From: an uncultured Flavobacteriales bacterium
Lineage (GTDB): Bacteria; Bacteroidota; Bacteroidia; Flavobacteriales_H; CAZUDW01
DNA: 48,824 bases
NCBI GenBank assembly: GCA_964619305.1
Contig: CAZUDW010000006.1
Location: 1-48,824, forward strand
Reading direction: 5' to 3'
In this document: piece after piece, positions 9,468-19,702 of the stretch
Layout: each line of letters begins with the position of its first letter
How positions within the stretch are numbered: the stretch's first letter is position 1
Made by a program: the position numbers and the translations under genes
The notes under the pieces: generated by a model
Told to the model about the DNA's origin: nothing
Seen by the model: only the letters and a program-made list of their open reading frames with translations
The model's database searches: none

Positions 9468-10292
9468 TTACTTAAAATCAGATTCAAGCTGCTTTTGCTC
9501 ATCTTTAAGCAGGTTTTTCACGATATATACATAATTGACAGCATTGAAATTCGTGGACAGGCTTACTTTTATGTTATAAAAATTACTTCCTGGCACCTGG
9601 TTAAATTCTGTTATATGCCCGATAAGAACACCTTTAGGGAATAGACCGGTAGATCCTTTGGTAAGTACTTCCTGTCCAACCTGGAGTTGTACATGTTGTG
9701 GGATGTCGTTTAGCTTCACGATTTCCGGAGAAAGACCGTCCCACTTTATAATTCCCTGATAGGTGTTATCTTCCAGCATAGCATTTATCCTGGTGTCAAT
9801 ATGGAGTACTGATAAAACGGAACAGTAATGTTTTGATACTTTACTTACAATTCCAATAACTCCTTTAGGGCTGATAACAGCCATTTCTGTTTCTATTCCT
9901 TGTTCTGATCCTTTGTCCAGAATCAGGAAGTTTCGTAAAGAGGTTGTGGTGCTATTAATTACTTTAGCTGACAGGTATTTATATCTCTGTCTGTACAGGG
10001 TATCGTTTACAGTTATATCTCTAGCATTGAGCTTGATAAAAGATTTCTTTTCCAAGGTTTTAAGACGTGCATTTTCACTTGCCAGTTGTTCATTGATTTT
10101 TCTGAGAGCGAAGTAATCAGTAAAGAGATATATCCTGGAATAGACAACCCCTGCAACAGCGCTGCTTAAGTTTATAAACTTAGATTTATGAAATTTATTG
10201 GATTCTATAAGCATGGTAAATGACAGAACCTCAAGGAGGAGAAAGAGAAAGAGAAAATGGTGTCTTATAAAAAAATGTGCAATGTTGCGCAT
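9468..10292 (-). CDS. mreC: Rod shape-determining protein MreC
   Basis: N-terminal TM segment, coiled-coil segment (LASENARLKTLE), and C-terminal beta-barrel region (GVIGIVSKVS.., LFPKGVLIGHI). Lies directly downstream of mreB. Confidence 0.88.
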   Translation of the reverse strand: MRNIAHFFIRHHFLFLFLLLEVLSFTMLIESNKFHKSKFINLSSAVAGVVYSRIYLFTDYFALRKINEQLASENARLKTLEKKSFIKLNARDITVNDTLYRQRYKYLSAKVINSTTTSLRNFLILDKGSEQGIETEMAVISPKGVIGIVSKVSKHYCSVLSVLHIDTRINAMLEDNTYQGIIKWDGLSPEIVKLNDIPQHVQLQVGQEVLTKGSTGLFPKGVLIGHITEFNQVPGSNFYNIKVSLSTNFNAVNYVYIVKNLLKDEQKQLESDFK

Positions 10293-10344
10293 GCAATTAT
10301 CATTAATTCATTGGCTCATTAATTTCAGCAGAACACTGTAACAT

Positions 10345-11367
10345 TTACCTGATCAGGAATTGGAAACGATGGGAATTTTTTAAGGCAATTCCGGTACCTC
10401 TGGCTACTGCTCTGAGGGGGTCATCAGCAACATGAACAGGTAATTTGGTTTTCAGTGAAATGCGTTTATCTAATCCTCTGATCATTGACCCCCCCCCCGC
10501 AAGATAAATTCCTGTTCGATATATATCAGCAGAAAGTTCTGGAGGTGTCATCTCAAGCGCATTCATGATGGCTTCTTCGACTTTAGTGATTGATTTGTCC
10601 ATTGCATGAGCAATTTCAGAATAAGAGACATAGATTTCTTTAGGCACACCTGTCATCATATCTCTTCCATGAACAGCATAATCAACCGGAGGATTATCGA
10701 GCTTTGTCATGGCAGAACCAATTTCAATTTTTATCTGTTCCGCTGAACGTTCACCGATGAGTATATTATGCTGTCTGCGCATATAATCTTCAATATCGTT
10801 TGTAAACTCATCCCCTGCGACTCTAATTGATTTATCACGGACAATTCCACCCAGGGCAATAACAGCAATTTCACTTGTTCCGCCACCAATGTCAATCACC
10901 ATATTACCAACAGGTTCTTCTACATCAATTCCAATGCCGATGGCAGCTGCCATCGGTTCATGAATGAGATAAACCTCTTTGGCACCGGAATGTTCGGCAG
11001 AATCTCTAACTGCCCTTTTTTCGACTTCAGTAATACCAGAAGGTATGCAAATAACCATTTTTAGTGCTGGCTGGATAAGTTGCCTTCCTGGATGGATCAT
11101 TTTAATAAAGGCCCTTATCATGTGTTCAGCAGCATGGAAATCTGCAATAACACCATCTTTCAGCGGCCTGATGGTTTTGATGTTGTCATGTGTTTTCCCA
11201 TGCATTTGTTGTGCTTTTCTTCCTACGGCAATCACTTTCCCTGTATTTCTCTCAAGTGCTACAATAGATGGCTGATCCACAACCACCTTATCGTTGAATA
11301 TGATAAGCGTGTTGGCTGTACCAAGATCAATGGCAATTTCTTGTTTAAAAAATGAGAACAGACCCAT
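10345..11367 (-). CDS. mreB: Actin-like rod shape-determining protein MreB
   Basis: Full-length MreB signature (IAIDLGTANTLI, EPMAAAIGIG, VIDIGGGTSEIAVI, IYLAGGGSMIRGLDKR). Confidence 0.97.
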   Translation of the reverse strand: MGLFSFFKQEIAIDLGTANTLIIFNDKVVVDQPSIVALERNTGKVIAVGRKAQQMHGKTHDNIKTIRPLKDGVIADFHAAEHMIRAFIKMIHPGRQLIQPALKMVICIPSGITEVEKRAVRDSAEHSGAKEVYLIHEPMAAAIGIGIDVEEPVGNMVIDIGGGTSEIAVIALGGIVRDKSIRVAGDEFTNDIEDYMRRQHNILIGERSAEQIKIEIGSAMTKLDNPPVDYAVHGRDMMTGVPKEIYVSYSEIAHAMDKSITKVEEAIMNALEMTPPELSADIYRTGIYLAGGGSMIRGLDKRISLKTKLPVHVADDPLRAVARGTGIALKNSHRFQFLIR

Positions 11368-11369
11368 AA

Positions 11370-12896
11370 TTAGTGTTTAAAATGTCTTTTACCAGTAAAT
11401 ACCATAGACAGGCCATGTTGATTACAGAAATCAATTGATTCCTGGTCTTTGATTGATCCACCGGGTTGAATCACAGCAGAAATACCTTCAGTATGAGCAA
11501 TATCAACACAATCCGGGAAAGGGAAAAATGCATCAGAAGCCATCACAGCTTCTTTTAAATCAAACTTAAATCTTTTAGCTTTAATAATGGCCTGTTTCAA
11601 AGCATCAACTCTTGAGGTCTGCCCCATACCGCTGGAAAGCAATTGCAAGTTTTTTGCAAGAACGATGGCATTTGATTTGGTGTTTTTAACGATTTTATTT
11701 GCGAATAACAAATCTTGTATTTCGTTATCTGTCGGAGATTTTTCTGTAACGGTTGTCAGGTCATTTTTGTTTTCAATGCTATTATCTACCTCTTGTAACA
11801 ACACGCCATTCAACGCAGAACGCACTCTTTTGTTAGGGAAATTGCAGGGTTTTTGCCTTAATATGATCCGGTTCTTTTTTTGTTGAAGGATATTTAAAGA
11901 GGAATCTTTAAAACCAGTAGCGATCACCACTTCACAGAATAGCTTATTTATCTCTTCAGCAGTCTGCAGATCTATTATATTATTGGTGATGAGGACGCCC
12001 CCAAAAGCAGAAATGGGATCGCTGGCAAGAGCGTCAAGATAAGCCTGTTGTAGGGTTGATCTAATTGCAATGCCACAGGCGTTATTATGTTTGAGAATTG
12101 CAAATATCGGAAGATCGTTCTCAAAATCATTAATTAGGGAGATTGCTGCATCTATATCCAGCAGATTATTGTAGGACAATTCTTTACCATGTAGTTTTTC
12201 AAACAATTCATCAGGTTTTCCATAAAAGGCTGCTTCCTGGTGCGGGTTTTCACCATATCTGAGTTTTTTGTGTGAGCTTATGCTTATCTTCAGGGATGGT
12301 GATTCGTTGTTGCAGAGGTAACTATATATTGCCGAATCATAATGTGAACTAATGTCAAATGCTCTGACAGCCATTAATTTTCTGTCATCAGCATTTGAAA
12401 ATCCTTGTTTTGTCTTTAAAATATCAAGCAATAAAGGGTATTCGGTTTTTGAAGGAATAATAAGAACATCATTAAAATTTTTTGCTGCAGCTCTTATAAG
12501 GGAGATTCCTCCAATATCAATCTTTTCAATGATTTCTTCGTCTACAGCACCTGATGCAAGAGTTTCTTCAAAAGGATAAAGATCCACAATGACAAGGTCA
12601 AAAGGAGGAATATCGTATTCTTCAAGTTGAGCAATATCCGCATCAATGTCTCTTCTGCCAAGAATACCTCCAAAAACTTTGGGATGCAGCGTTTTTACCC
12701 TGCCTCCAAGTAGGGACGGATAGGAAGTGAGTTCTTCAATGGCATTAACTTTAACTCCCTGAGACTCGACAAATTTCTGTGTCCCTCCCGTAGAATATAT
12801 GGAAATGCCCAATTCATCCATAGCCTGCACAACAGGCTCAAGACCTTCTTTATTATACACGGAAATTAAAGCTGTTGATATTTTTTTTATGGACAT
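11370..12896 (-). CDS. purH: Bifunctional AICAR transformylase / IMP cyclohydrolase PurH
   Basis: MGS-like N-terminal domain (ALISVYNKEGL, STGGT, GGRVKTLHP, DLVIVDLYPF) and AICARFT C-terminal domain (LRYGENPHQ, SDAFFPFPD, IQPGGSIKD, FTGKRHFKH). A 2-nt gap to mreB. Confidence 0.97.
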   Translation of the reverse strand: MSIKKISTALISVYNKEGLEPVVQAMDELGISIYSTGGTQKFVESQGVKVNAIEELTSYPSLLGGRVKTLHPKVFGGILGRRDIDADIAQLEEYDIPPFDLVIVDLYPFEETLASGAVDEEIIEKIDIGGISLIRAAAKNFNDVLIIPSKTEYPLLLDILKTKQGFSNADDRKLMAVRAFDISSHYDSAIYSYLCNNESPSLKISISSHKKLRYGENPHQEAAFYGKPDELFEKLHGKELSYNNLLDIDAAISLINDFENDLPIFAILKHNNACGIAIRSTLQQAYLDALASDPISAFGGVLITNNIIDLQTAEEINKLFCEVVIATGFKDSSLNILQQKKNRIILRQKPCNFPNKRVRSALNGVLLQEVDNSIENKNDLTTVTEKSPTDNEIQDLLFANKIVKNTKSNAIVLAKNLQLLSSGMGQTSRVDALKQAIIKAKRFKFDLKEAVMASDAFFPFPDCVDIAHTEGISAVIQPGGSIKDQESIDFCNQHGLSMVFTGKRHFKH

Positions 12897-13094
12897 TAAC
12901 TCTAAATAAATGCAATTTTACTAATATTAATTCATAAAAGGGCTTCCGGCATAACAATTTTTACACTATTTGTTATTAATAATTGATGTTAAGTTTTTAT
13001 CTATAGCGAAAATGTTGCTTAAAGTTGCGTAACACCAGTAAATAATTATAGTTACAGCAGTTATTCAGCTTAAGTAATAATAATTATTGTTATG

Positions 13095-13140
13095 TATAAA
13101 GAAACGTGATAATTAGCTTTGCCCAAAGCTAATTATCACG
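13095..13140 (-). terminator. Rho-independent terminator (perfect 17-bp stem) downstream of the 108-aa gene
   Basis: cgtgataattagctttg (13105-13121), a cc loop, then caaagctaattatcacg (13124-13140) form a perfect inverted repeat. On the minus strand the stem is followed by UUUCUUUAUA. It sits 30 nt after the stop at 13170. Confidence 0.6.
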
Positions 13141-13169
13141 CTGGAAATTAAGCTAAAAAGATTTATAAT

Positions 13170-13496
13170 CTATTTTTTCTTGTATGAGTTACTATTGTAT
13201 GTGGAGACAGTATTCGTTACATAAACCGGCAATTTAATAGTTGAAAATTTTACCCTTTTAGAATCCAGAAGTTGACCTTCAATTTTTCTTAAATCCACTT
13301 TCATATATGTGTCTGATGACTTTATATTAACATCAACAGAACCATCATCATTCAAAGGTACGAGTCCGTAGTTCATCATCCCTGAAGCAGTACCTGCCTG
13401 GGCAGTATTTACCAATTGTGTGTTTTGAATTGCTAAAACACATAAAGCTACAGCTATAATTGTTAATATTACTTTAAAATATAAATCGTTTTTCAT
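13170..13496 (-). CDS. Small secreted hypothetical protein
   Basis: 108-aa ORF with an N-terminal signal/anchor (FKVILTIIAVALCVLAIQ). No recognisable domain. Followed by a strong terminator. Confidence 0.55.
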   Translation of the reverse strand: MKNDLYFKVILTIIAVALCVLAIQNTQLVNTAQAGTASGMMNYGLVPLNDDGSVDVNIKSSDTYMKVDLRKIEGQLLDSKRVKFSTIKLPVYVTNTVSTYNSNSYKKK

Positions 13497-13533
13497 GATA
13501 CTCTATTTTTATGGTTAAACTTATATATAATAT

Positions 13534-14214
13534 TTATTTAGTGCCGGTGCCTGTACAACTCTCATTAATGTAAGTTGTATTGTCATCAATATAATACAAA
13601 TCATTATCTATTGTGAAATCCAAAGTAAAAGAATCACCAGCGGTATTCATCGTCATGCTGCCTCCAACTCTATACCTGTCATTTGAAGTATTGGTATAGG
13701 TTTTCAACTGAAACCAAAACACGTTTGGATCTCCAGCTGTAGTAGCTTCAACCCCGTTTAAATTCAGATTATAAAAATTGTCAACGAGCATGACGTCATA
13801 TGCAGATGGTGATTTTGTAATTGTTATCTGATAGTTATCGTTTGTTGTATCGCAAGCCTGTGATATATTCCAAGTGCCAATGAATTTGTCCCTGTAATCA
13901 CTGACATGTATCAACATTGTTTTTGAATCATTTTTCTTTTCATTTGCAGAATACACCGTTAATGTAACTGTATAATCACCTGCAGCATCATAATAATGTA
14001 TTGGGTTTTGAGCTGTTGAGGTAACTCCATTGCCAAAATCCCACAACCAGGATGCGGCATCTGATGAGCAATCTGTAAATTCAATATCCTCTCCTACATT
14101 CACATTCTGTTTATCTGCATTAAAGCACCCGGTTGGAGCCTTGGTGCAAGAGGAAAAGATTCCTAATGAAAATGAACAGAGTAGTAATAATGTTTGAAGT
14201 TTTAGTGTTTTCAT
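13534..14214 (-). CDS. PKD-domain lipoprotein
   Basis: Lipobox-like signal (LLLLCSFSLGIFSSC) and a PKD block (EFTDCSSDAASWLWDFGNGVTSTAQNPIHYYDAAGDYTVTLTVYS). Confidence 0.75.
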   Translation of the reverse strand: MKTLKLQTLLLLCSFSLGIFSSCTKAPTGCFNADKQNVNVGEDIEFTDCSSDAASWLWDFGNGVTSTAQNPIHYYDAAGDYTVTLTVYSANEKKNDSKTMLIHVSDYRDKFIGTWNISQACDTTNDNYQITITKSPSAYDVMLVDNFYNLNLNGVEATTAGDPNVFWFQLKTYTNTSNDRYRVGGSMTMNTAGDSFTLDFTIDNDLYYIDDNTTYINESCTGTGTK

Positions 14215-14390
14215 TTATTAATAATTTAGATGAACCGTTTCAAATTTTGTGCCATTAATAAATCAAAAATACAATATTTCTAATTAATAAGTGTTTGTGT
14301 TTTATTGCTTCAAATAATTTGTAACATCAAAACTGTCAAGCAATATTAAATGAAAAACTTTAAACAACATTTGCCTTTGGTAAAAATTAA

Positions 14391-14398
14391 TACATTTG
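14391..14398 (+). promoter_or_regulatory. Bacteroidota sigma-A -7 box (TAnnTTTG) upstream of dsbD
   Basis: TACATTTG lies 19 nt upstream of the ATG at 14418 and matches the established Bacteroidetes -7 consensus TAnnTTTG. Confidence 0.45.
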
Positions 14399-14417
14399 GT
14401 CGTTCAAAACAAGATAT

Positions 14418-16868
14418 ATGATTAAAAAACTAAAAAATCCTTTTTTACTTTTTTTCTTCCTGACTCTTTTAAGCTCAAACCTTATTGGACAAATTTTAAA
14501 CCCTGTAAAATGGGAGTTCACGTCAAAACCATTAGGGAATAATGTTTTTAAGTTATTTCTTACTGCAAAAATAGATGAAGGATGGCATATTTATTCTCAA
14601 CATATAGATGGAATGGGCCCCATACCTACATCTTTCACATTTAACAAAAACAATAATTATATGTCAATTGGGGCTGTTGATGAACCCACACCTAAAAGCG
14701 AATATGATCCTAATTTTGATATGGTTCTGAAGTTCTTTGATCAGGATGTAACTTTTACTCAAAAGGTAAAACTCCGTTCAACAGGTGAAACAAAAATAAC
14801 AGGCTTGCTGGAATTTATGGTTTGTGATGATAAACAATGTCTCCCGCCAGAGACTGTGGATTTTGAGTTCAAACTTGTAGGAGAAAATGTTGAATCAGAT
14901 GACGCAATTGATAAAAAACCAGCCGCTGAAGAACCGGGGAATATTGCAACCATTGATACAGTCAACTTGTTAAAAGATCCTGTTAAATGGTCTTTTAAAC
15001 CAATAAAAAAGGATGATAACAACTGGCAGATATTATTAGCAGCTTCTATTGAAAAAGGCTGGCACATATATTCAATGCATATATCAGATGATGATGGTCC
15101 CATACCTACATCTTTCGATTTTGTTCAATCCGATTCTTATTCGTTGAATGGTGAAATCCTTGAAGGGGGAAATTTGTTACATGAATTCGACTCTGCATTT
15201 GGTGTAAATCTAAGCTACATAAAAGACACCGTATATTATTTGCAATCCATCTGGTTAAAGAAGTCTGCTGCTATTGTAAAAGGCACTCTTGAGTTTATGG
15301 TTTGTAATGACCGGGAATGTTTACCACCTGAACAAATAGAGTTCGAAGTTAAGGTTGGCGGAGCACAAAATGGAGCAATAGCAGATGAAGAAAATGATTC
15401 TACAGACAAATCACTCTGGACAATATTTATTGCAGGTTTTATTGGCGGCCTCTTAGCATTACTAACACCTTGTGTTTTCCCAATGATACCACTTACTGTT
15501 AGCTTTTTCACAAAGCAGAGTAAAAACAAAACTCTTGGAATAAGGAATGCAATAATATATGGTCTTTCCATAATTATTATTTATGTGTTACTTGCCTTTG
15601 GAGTTACCAAAATATTTGGAGCAAATGCAATGAATGCATTATCAACTAATGTTTGGTTTAACATTGCATTTTTTGTGCTCTTTGTGGTTTTTGCGATTTC
15701 ATTTTTTGGCGCATTTGAAATCCGCTTACCAAGTTCATGGATAAATAAAGCAGACAGAGCTTCTGATAAGGGAGGAGTCATTGGAATATTTTTTATGGCT
15801 TTCACGCTTTCACTGGTTTCTTTTTCGTGTACCGGTCCCATAATTGGCACTCTGCTTGTTGAAGCTGCAGTGCATGGTGGAATCATTGGGCCGGTAACAG
15901 GCATGCTTGGGTTTTCACTAGCCCTTGCCTTTCCATTCGGCCTTTTTGCTGCTTTCCCAGGATGGCTCCAATCCATACCAAAATCAGGTAGTTGGTTAAA
16001 CACTATTAAAGTATCTCTTGGTTTTTTAGAACTCGCATTTGCTTTAAAATTTCTGTCAAATGCAGATCTGGTTATACAGTCAGGCATATTAAAAAGAGAA
16101 ATTTTCCTTGCACTTTGGATTGGTATATTCATGATGTGGACATTGTATCTACTTGGAACTTACCGATTCTCCAATGACTCGGAGACCACTCAACTATCAA
16201 TAGGACGTGTGTTGCTTGCCCTTTTAACATTAACATTTACAATATACCTAATTCCCGGTCTATGGGGAGCCCCATTGAAAATAATCAGCGGATTCCCTCC
16301 TCCTTTATTTTACAGCGAAAGTCCTGCAGGTTTTGGTACATCAGATCTTAAAACAGCATCTGATGACAATAAAATAACGGTGGGAGATCCAAAACATTGT
16401 CCACATAATTTACCTTGCTTTCATGATTATTCTGAAGGTATGGAATATGCTAAACAAGTTGACAAACCGGTAATGCTTGACTTCACCGGTTGGGCCTGTG
16501 TAAATTGCAGGAAAATGGAAGAGAATGTTTGGTCCGATCCAAGAGTCTTGCAGAGACTTCGGGATGACGTAGTCCTTATTTCTCTCTATGTTGATGAAAA
16601 AACTTCTCTACCCGAAAATGAACAAATTGTGAAACAACTTGGTGGCAAGGATTGGAAAATAAATACGGTTGGGAATAAATGGAGTTATATGCAAGCATCT
16701 GTATATGGAACAAACTCTCAACCTTATTATGTGCTTATTGATCATAATGAAAAAATGTTAAATCAACCTACTGCATATAATTCTGACATTCAACATTACA
16801 TCGATTGGCTGGATGAAGGCGTGCATGCATTTAAGGATAATAAACACAATAAAAGAGATAATAATTAA
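14418..16868 (+). CDS. dsbD: Thiol:disulfide interchange protein DsbD family (two N-terminal DsbD-alpha-like domains, CcdA-type TM core, C-terminal thioredoxin)
   Basis: Two tandem ~125-aa domains each carry GWHIYS and LEFMVC(D/N)D(K/R)(Q/E)CLPPE. The TM core has the two conserved Cys (LTPCVFPMIPL and FSCTGPIIG). The C-terminal thioredoxin fold has WACVNC. Confidence 0.9.
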   Translation: MIKKLKNPFLLFFFLTLLSSNLIGQILNPVKWEFTSKPLGNNVFKLFLTAKIDEGWHIYSQHIDGMGPIPTSFTFNKNNNYMSIGAVDEPTPKSEYDPNFDMVLKFFDQDVTFTQKVKLRSTGETKITGLLEFMVCDDKQCLPPETVDFEFKLVGENVESDDAIDKKPAAEEPGNIATIDTVNLLKDPVKWSFKPIKKDDNNWQILLAASIEKGWHIYSMHISDDDGPIPTSFDFVQSDSYSLNGEILEGGNLLHEFDSAFGVNLSYIKDTVYYLQSIWLKKSAAIVKGTLEFMVCNDRECLPPEQIEFEVKVGGAQNGAIADEENDSTDKSLWTIFIAGFIGGLLALLTPCVFPMIPLTVSFFTKQSKNKTLGIRNAIIYGLSIIIIYVLLAFGVTKIFGANAMNALSTNVWFNIAFFVLFVVFAISFFGAFEIRLPSSWINKADRASDKGGVIGIFFMAFTLSLVSFSCTGPIIGTLLVEAAVHGGIIGPVTGMLGFSLALAFPFGLFAAFPGWLQSIPKSGSWLNTIKVSLGFLELAFALKFLSNADLVIQSGILKREIFLALWIGIFMMWTLYLLGTYRFSNDSETTQLSIGRVLLALLTLTFTIYLIPGLWGAPLKIISGFPPPLFYSESPAGFGTSDLKTASDDNKITVGDPKHCPHNLPCFHDYSEGMEYAKQVDKPVMLDFTGWACVNCRKMEENVWSDPRVLQRLRDDVVLISLYVDEKTSLPENEQIVKQLGGKDWKINTVGNKWSYMQASVYGTNSQPYYVLIDHNEKMLNQPTAYNSDIQHYIDWLDEGVHAFKDNKHNKRDNN

Positions 16869-16904
16869 TAAAGTTTTAGAATTGAGAATTAATTTCATTA
16901 TGTT

Positions 16905-17477
16905 ATGGGCAGCCAGATTATAAAAGCTAATTTCGAAGAGGCACAAAGAATATTGAATGAATTTCTTCGGGATGAATCTAATATTAATAATATTGAGATT
17001 TCTGGTAATCACTTACTCAAATGTTTGAAAAGCGGAAAAAAAATTCTTGTATGTGGCAATGGTGGCTCCATGAGTGATTCCATGCATTTTGCAGAAGAGT
17101 TTACAGGTCGTTTTAAAAATAACAGGGTCTCATTTCCTTGCATTGCCATATCTGACCCCGCATATCTTAGTTGTGTGGCAAATGATTTTGGTTATGAAAA
17201 CGTCTTTTCTCGTTTTGTTGAAGGCATAGGAAATAAAGGGGATGTGCTGCTGGTAATTTCGACAAGTGGTAATTCTCAAAATGTTGTTAATGCCGTTCAT
17301 TGTGCCAGAGAAAAGGGTATGCTTGTTATTGCGCTTACGGGAAAAGATGGAGGGAAATTAGCATCTATCTGTGACATTGAAATACGTGCACCTTATTCCA
17401 ATTATTCTGACAGAGCGCAGGAAATACATATCAAAGTGTTACATTCATTAATAGATTATGTTGAAAATAATATCTGA
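16905..17477 (+). CDS. gmhA: SIS-domain D-sedoheptulose-7-phosphate isomerase (GmhA-type)
   Basis: [41 protein letters not shown] and LTGKDGG match the GmhA/DiaA SIS family. Confidence 0.8.
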   Translation: MGSQIIKANFEEAQRILNEFLRDESNINNIEISGNHLLKCLKSGKKILVCGNGGSMSDSMHFAEEFTGRFKNNRVSFPCIAISDPAYLSCVANDFGYENVFSRFVEGIGNKGDVLLVISTSGNSQNVVNAVHCAREKGMLVIALTGKDGGKLASICDIEIRAPYSNYSDRAQEIHIKVLHSLIDYVENNI

Positions 17478-17479
17478 TT

Positions 17480-19018
17480 ATGCTTGTTAAAACCTATGGT
17501 AGCGCTGTTTATGGTATTGATGCTACCGTCATTACTGTTGAGACAAACATTGGTCAAGGTGCTTTCTATATGATTGTTGGTTTACCTGATAATGCTGTCA
17601 GAGAGAGTCAACAAAGAATCGAAGCAGCTCTGAAAAATAATGGATATAAAATTCCACGTAAAGGAATCACCATCAATATGGCTCCTGCGGATATTCGTAA
17701 AGAAGGATCGGCTTATGATCTGACTATTGCAATAGGAATACTTGCGGCATCTGAACAAATATCAGCTTCTCGTATAGAGGATTATCTTATTATGGGGGAA
17801 TTATCTCTCGATGGAGGGCTTCAGCCCTTAAAGGGAGTGCTGCCCATTGCAATCAAAGCCCGGGAAGCAAAATTCAAAGGCATCATCCTCCCCGAACAAA
17901 ATGCTAGAGAAGCAGCCATAGTGAATAATCTTGAAGTATTAGGCGTAGATAATATCAAAAACGTAATTGATTTTCTTGACGGCAAAATAGAACTTCAACC
18001 CGCATTTGTAGATACCCGTGCTGAATTTTATGATCGCTTGGGATTATCTGACCTTGATTTTTCTGATGTAAAAGGACAGGAGAATATCAAAAGATCCCTT
18101 GAAATAGCAGCAGCAGGAGGGCATAACGTCATTTTAATTGGTCCGCCCGGTGCCGGGAAAACCATGCTTGCAAAAAGATTGCCTACAATTCTGCCTCCGC
18201 TCAACTTACATGAAGCACTTGAAACTACCAAACTACATTCCGTTGCCGGTAAGTTAGGCAGCGATTCTTCACTAATCACAATGCGCCCGTTCAGATCACC
18301 TCATCATACGATAAGCGATGTTGCCCTGGTGGGTGGCGGAACTTTTCCGCAACCGGGAGAAATTTCTTTGGCTCATAACGGAGTTTTGTTTCTTGATGAA
18401 TTGCCGGAATTCAAACGCACCGTTCTTGAAGTTATGCGTCAACCTTTAGAAGATAGAGTCGTTAACATTTCAAGAGCAAAAATGAGCGTTGAATACCCTG
18501 CAAGTTTTATGTTGGTCGCTTCAATGAATCCTTGTCCATGTGGTTATTATAACCATCCTGAAAAGGAATGTGTGTGTGCTCCCGGTATTGTACAGAAATA
18601 CCTTAACAGAATATCTGGTCCTTTACTAGACAGGATAGACATTCATATTGAAGTAACACCCGTGAAGTTTGAAGAGCTTTCAGACACAAGACCGGAAGAA
18701 CTTAGTGATACTATAAGACAAAGGGTTGTATCCGCCAGGGAAATACAGGAAAAACGCTTCGAAAATTTTTCAGGTATCTATTGCAATGCCCAAATGAACA
18801 CTTCTTTGGTGAAAAAAATCTGCATCATTGATCAAGGAGGAACTGCATTATTAAAAAAAGCAATGGACAGGCTTGGTTTATCTGCCCGTGCTTATGACAG
18901 AATTTTGAAAGTATCAAGAACAATTGCCGATCTATCCGGAAAAAAAGACATTAAAGCTGAACATATTGCTGAAGCAATCCAATACAGGAGTTTAGATCGT
19001 GAAGGATGGGCAGCATAA
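17480..19018 (+). CDS. yifB: YifB/ComM family Mg-chelatase-like AAA+ ATPase
   Basis: Lon-like N-terminal domain ([26 protein letters not shown]), Walker A ([11 protein letters not shown]), [13 protein letters not shown] zinc-ribbon-like insert, and C-terminal [17 protein letters not shown]. Confidence 0.93.
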   Translation: MLVKTYGSAVYGIDATVITVETNIGQGAFYMIVGLPDNAVRESQQRIEAALKNNGYKIPRKGITINMAPADIRKEGSAYDLTIAIGILAASEQISASRIEDYLIMGELSLDGGLQPLKGVLPIAIKAREAKFKGIILPEQNAREAAIVNNLEVLGVDNIKNVIDFLDGKIELQPAFVDTRAEFYDRLGLSDLDFSDVKGQENIKRSLEIAAAGGHNVILIGPPGAGKTMLAKRLPTILPPLNLHEALETTKLHSVAGKLGSDSSLITMRPFRSPHHTISDVALVGGGTFPQPGEISLAHNGVLFLDELPEFKRTVLEVMRQPLEDRVVNISRAKMSVEYPASFMLVASMNPCPCGYYNHPEKECVCAPGIVQKYLNRISGPLLDRIDIHIEVTPVKFEELSDTRPEELSDTIRQRVVSAREIQEKRFENFSGIYCNAQMNTSLVKKICIIDQGGTALLKKAMDRLGLSARAYDRILKVSRTIADLSGKKDIKAEHIAEAIQYRSLDREGWAA

Positions 19019-19048
19019 CAAATATTTAAACAAATCTGTGCCTTGATT

Positions 19049-19672
19049 ATGCCTGACAGCAAATCCTTAAGTATATTAAAATACCTGCCATCAGGTTTGA
19101 TATTATTGATATTTCAATTTAGTCCGTTGATTGATGCCGCACAACTAAAACAAGATAAAAATGACCAAAGAAGTCTCTACAAAATACTAAAAAAAGAAAG
19201 GAAAAAACTCCTGAACGCAGGAATAATCGAGGTTATGTCTTTTGAAAGGGGAGCAATTGGCCCTTTAGATTCAAATATTTCATGTCCGTGCAGGAGCGGG
19301 TTTGTCAACTCCTATCTTATCTGGAACGATGGAGTTCGTTATTTTATAAAAAAATATGACTGCTGTCAAATTTTTCAAAAAAAAGAAACCGAGGTTGACC
19401 TGTTTGCATATTACAGGAAAAACCGAGAGATTATTAATCATGAAAAAATAAAGTCCCGTTTTTATGTAATATATTATCACTTCAGGCATATTCATGCAGA
19501 TATTGCAGGAGTTAAATTAGATTTCCAATTAAATGATTGCGATTTTTCAAATACCAACCGGTTACGTTTTAGAGAAAACAATAAACTACTGATTAAAAAA
19601 TGGTGTGACCAAATTGAACAGGTTGTACAAACTGAGGAAAAAAAAGGATTTATGCCGGAAACTATATACTAA
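19049..19672 (+). CDS. Hypothetical secreted protein
   Basis: ATG at 19049 and an N-terminal hydrophobic segment (LPSGLILLIFQFSPLIDAAQ). Cys-rich and Lys-rich with no recognisable domain. Confidence 0.5.
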   Translation: MPDSKSLSILKYLPSGLILLIFQFSPLIDAAQLKQDKNDQRSLYKILKKERKKLLNAGIIEVMSFERGAIGPLDSNISCPCRSGFVNSYLIWNDGVRYFIKKYDCCQIFQKKETEVDLFAYYRKNREIINHEKIKSRFYVIYYHFRHIHADIAGVKLDFQLNDCDFSNTNRLRFRENNKLLIKKWCDQIEQVVQTEEKKGFMPETIY

Positions 19673-19702
19673 CTCAGGTAGTAAAATCTGTGAATCTTGT
19701 TA

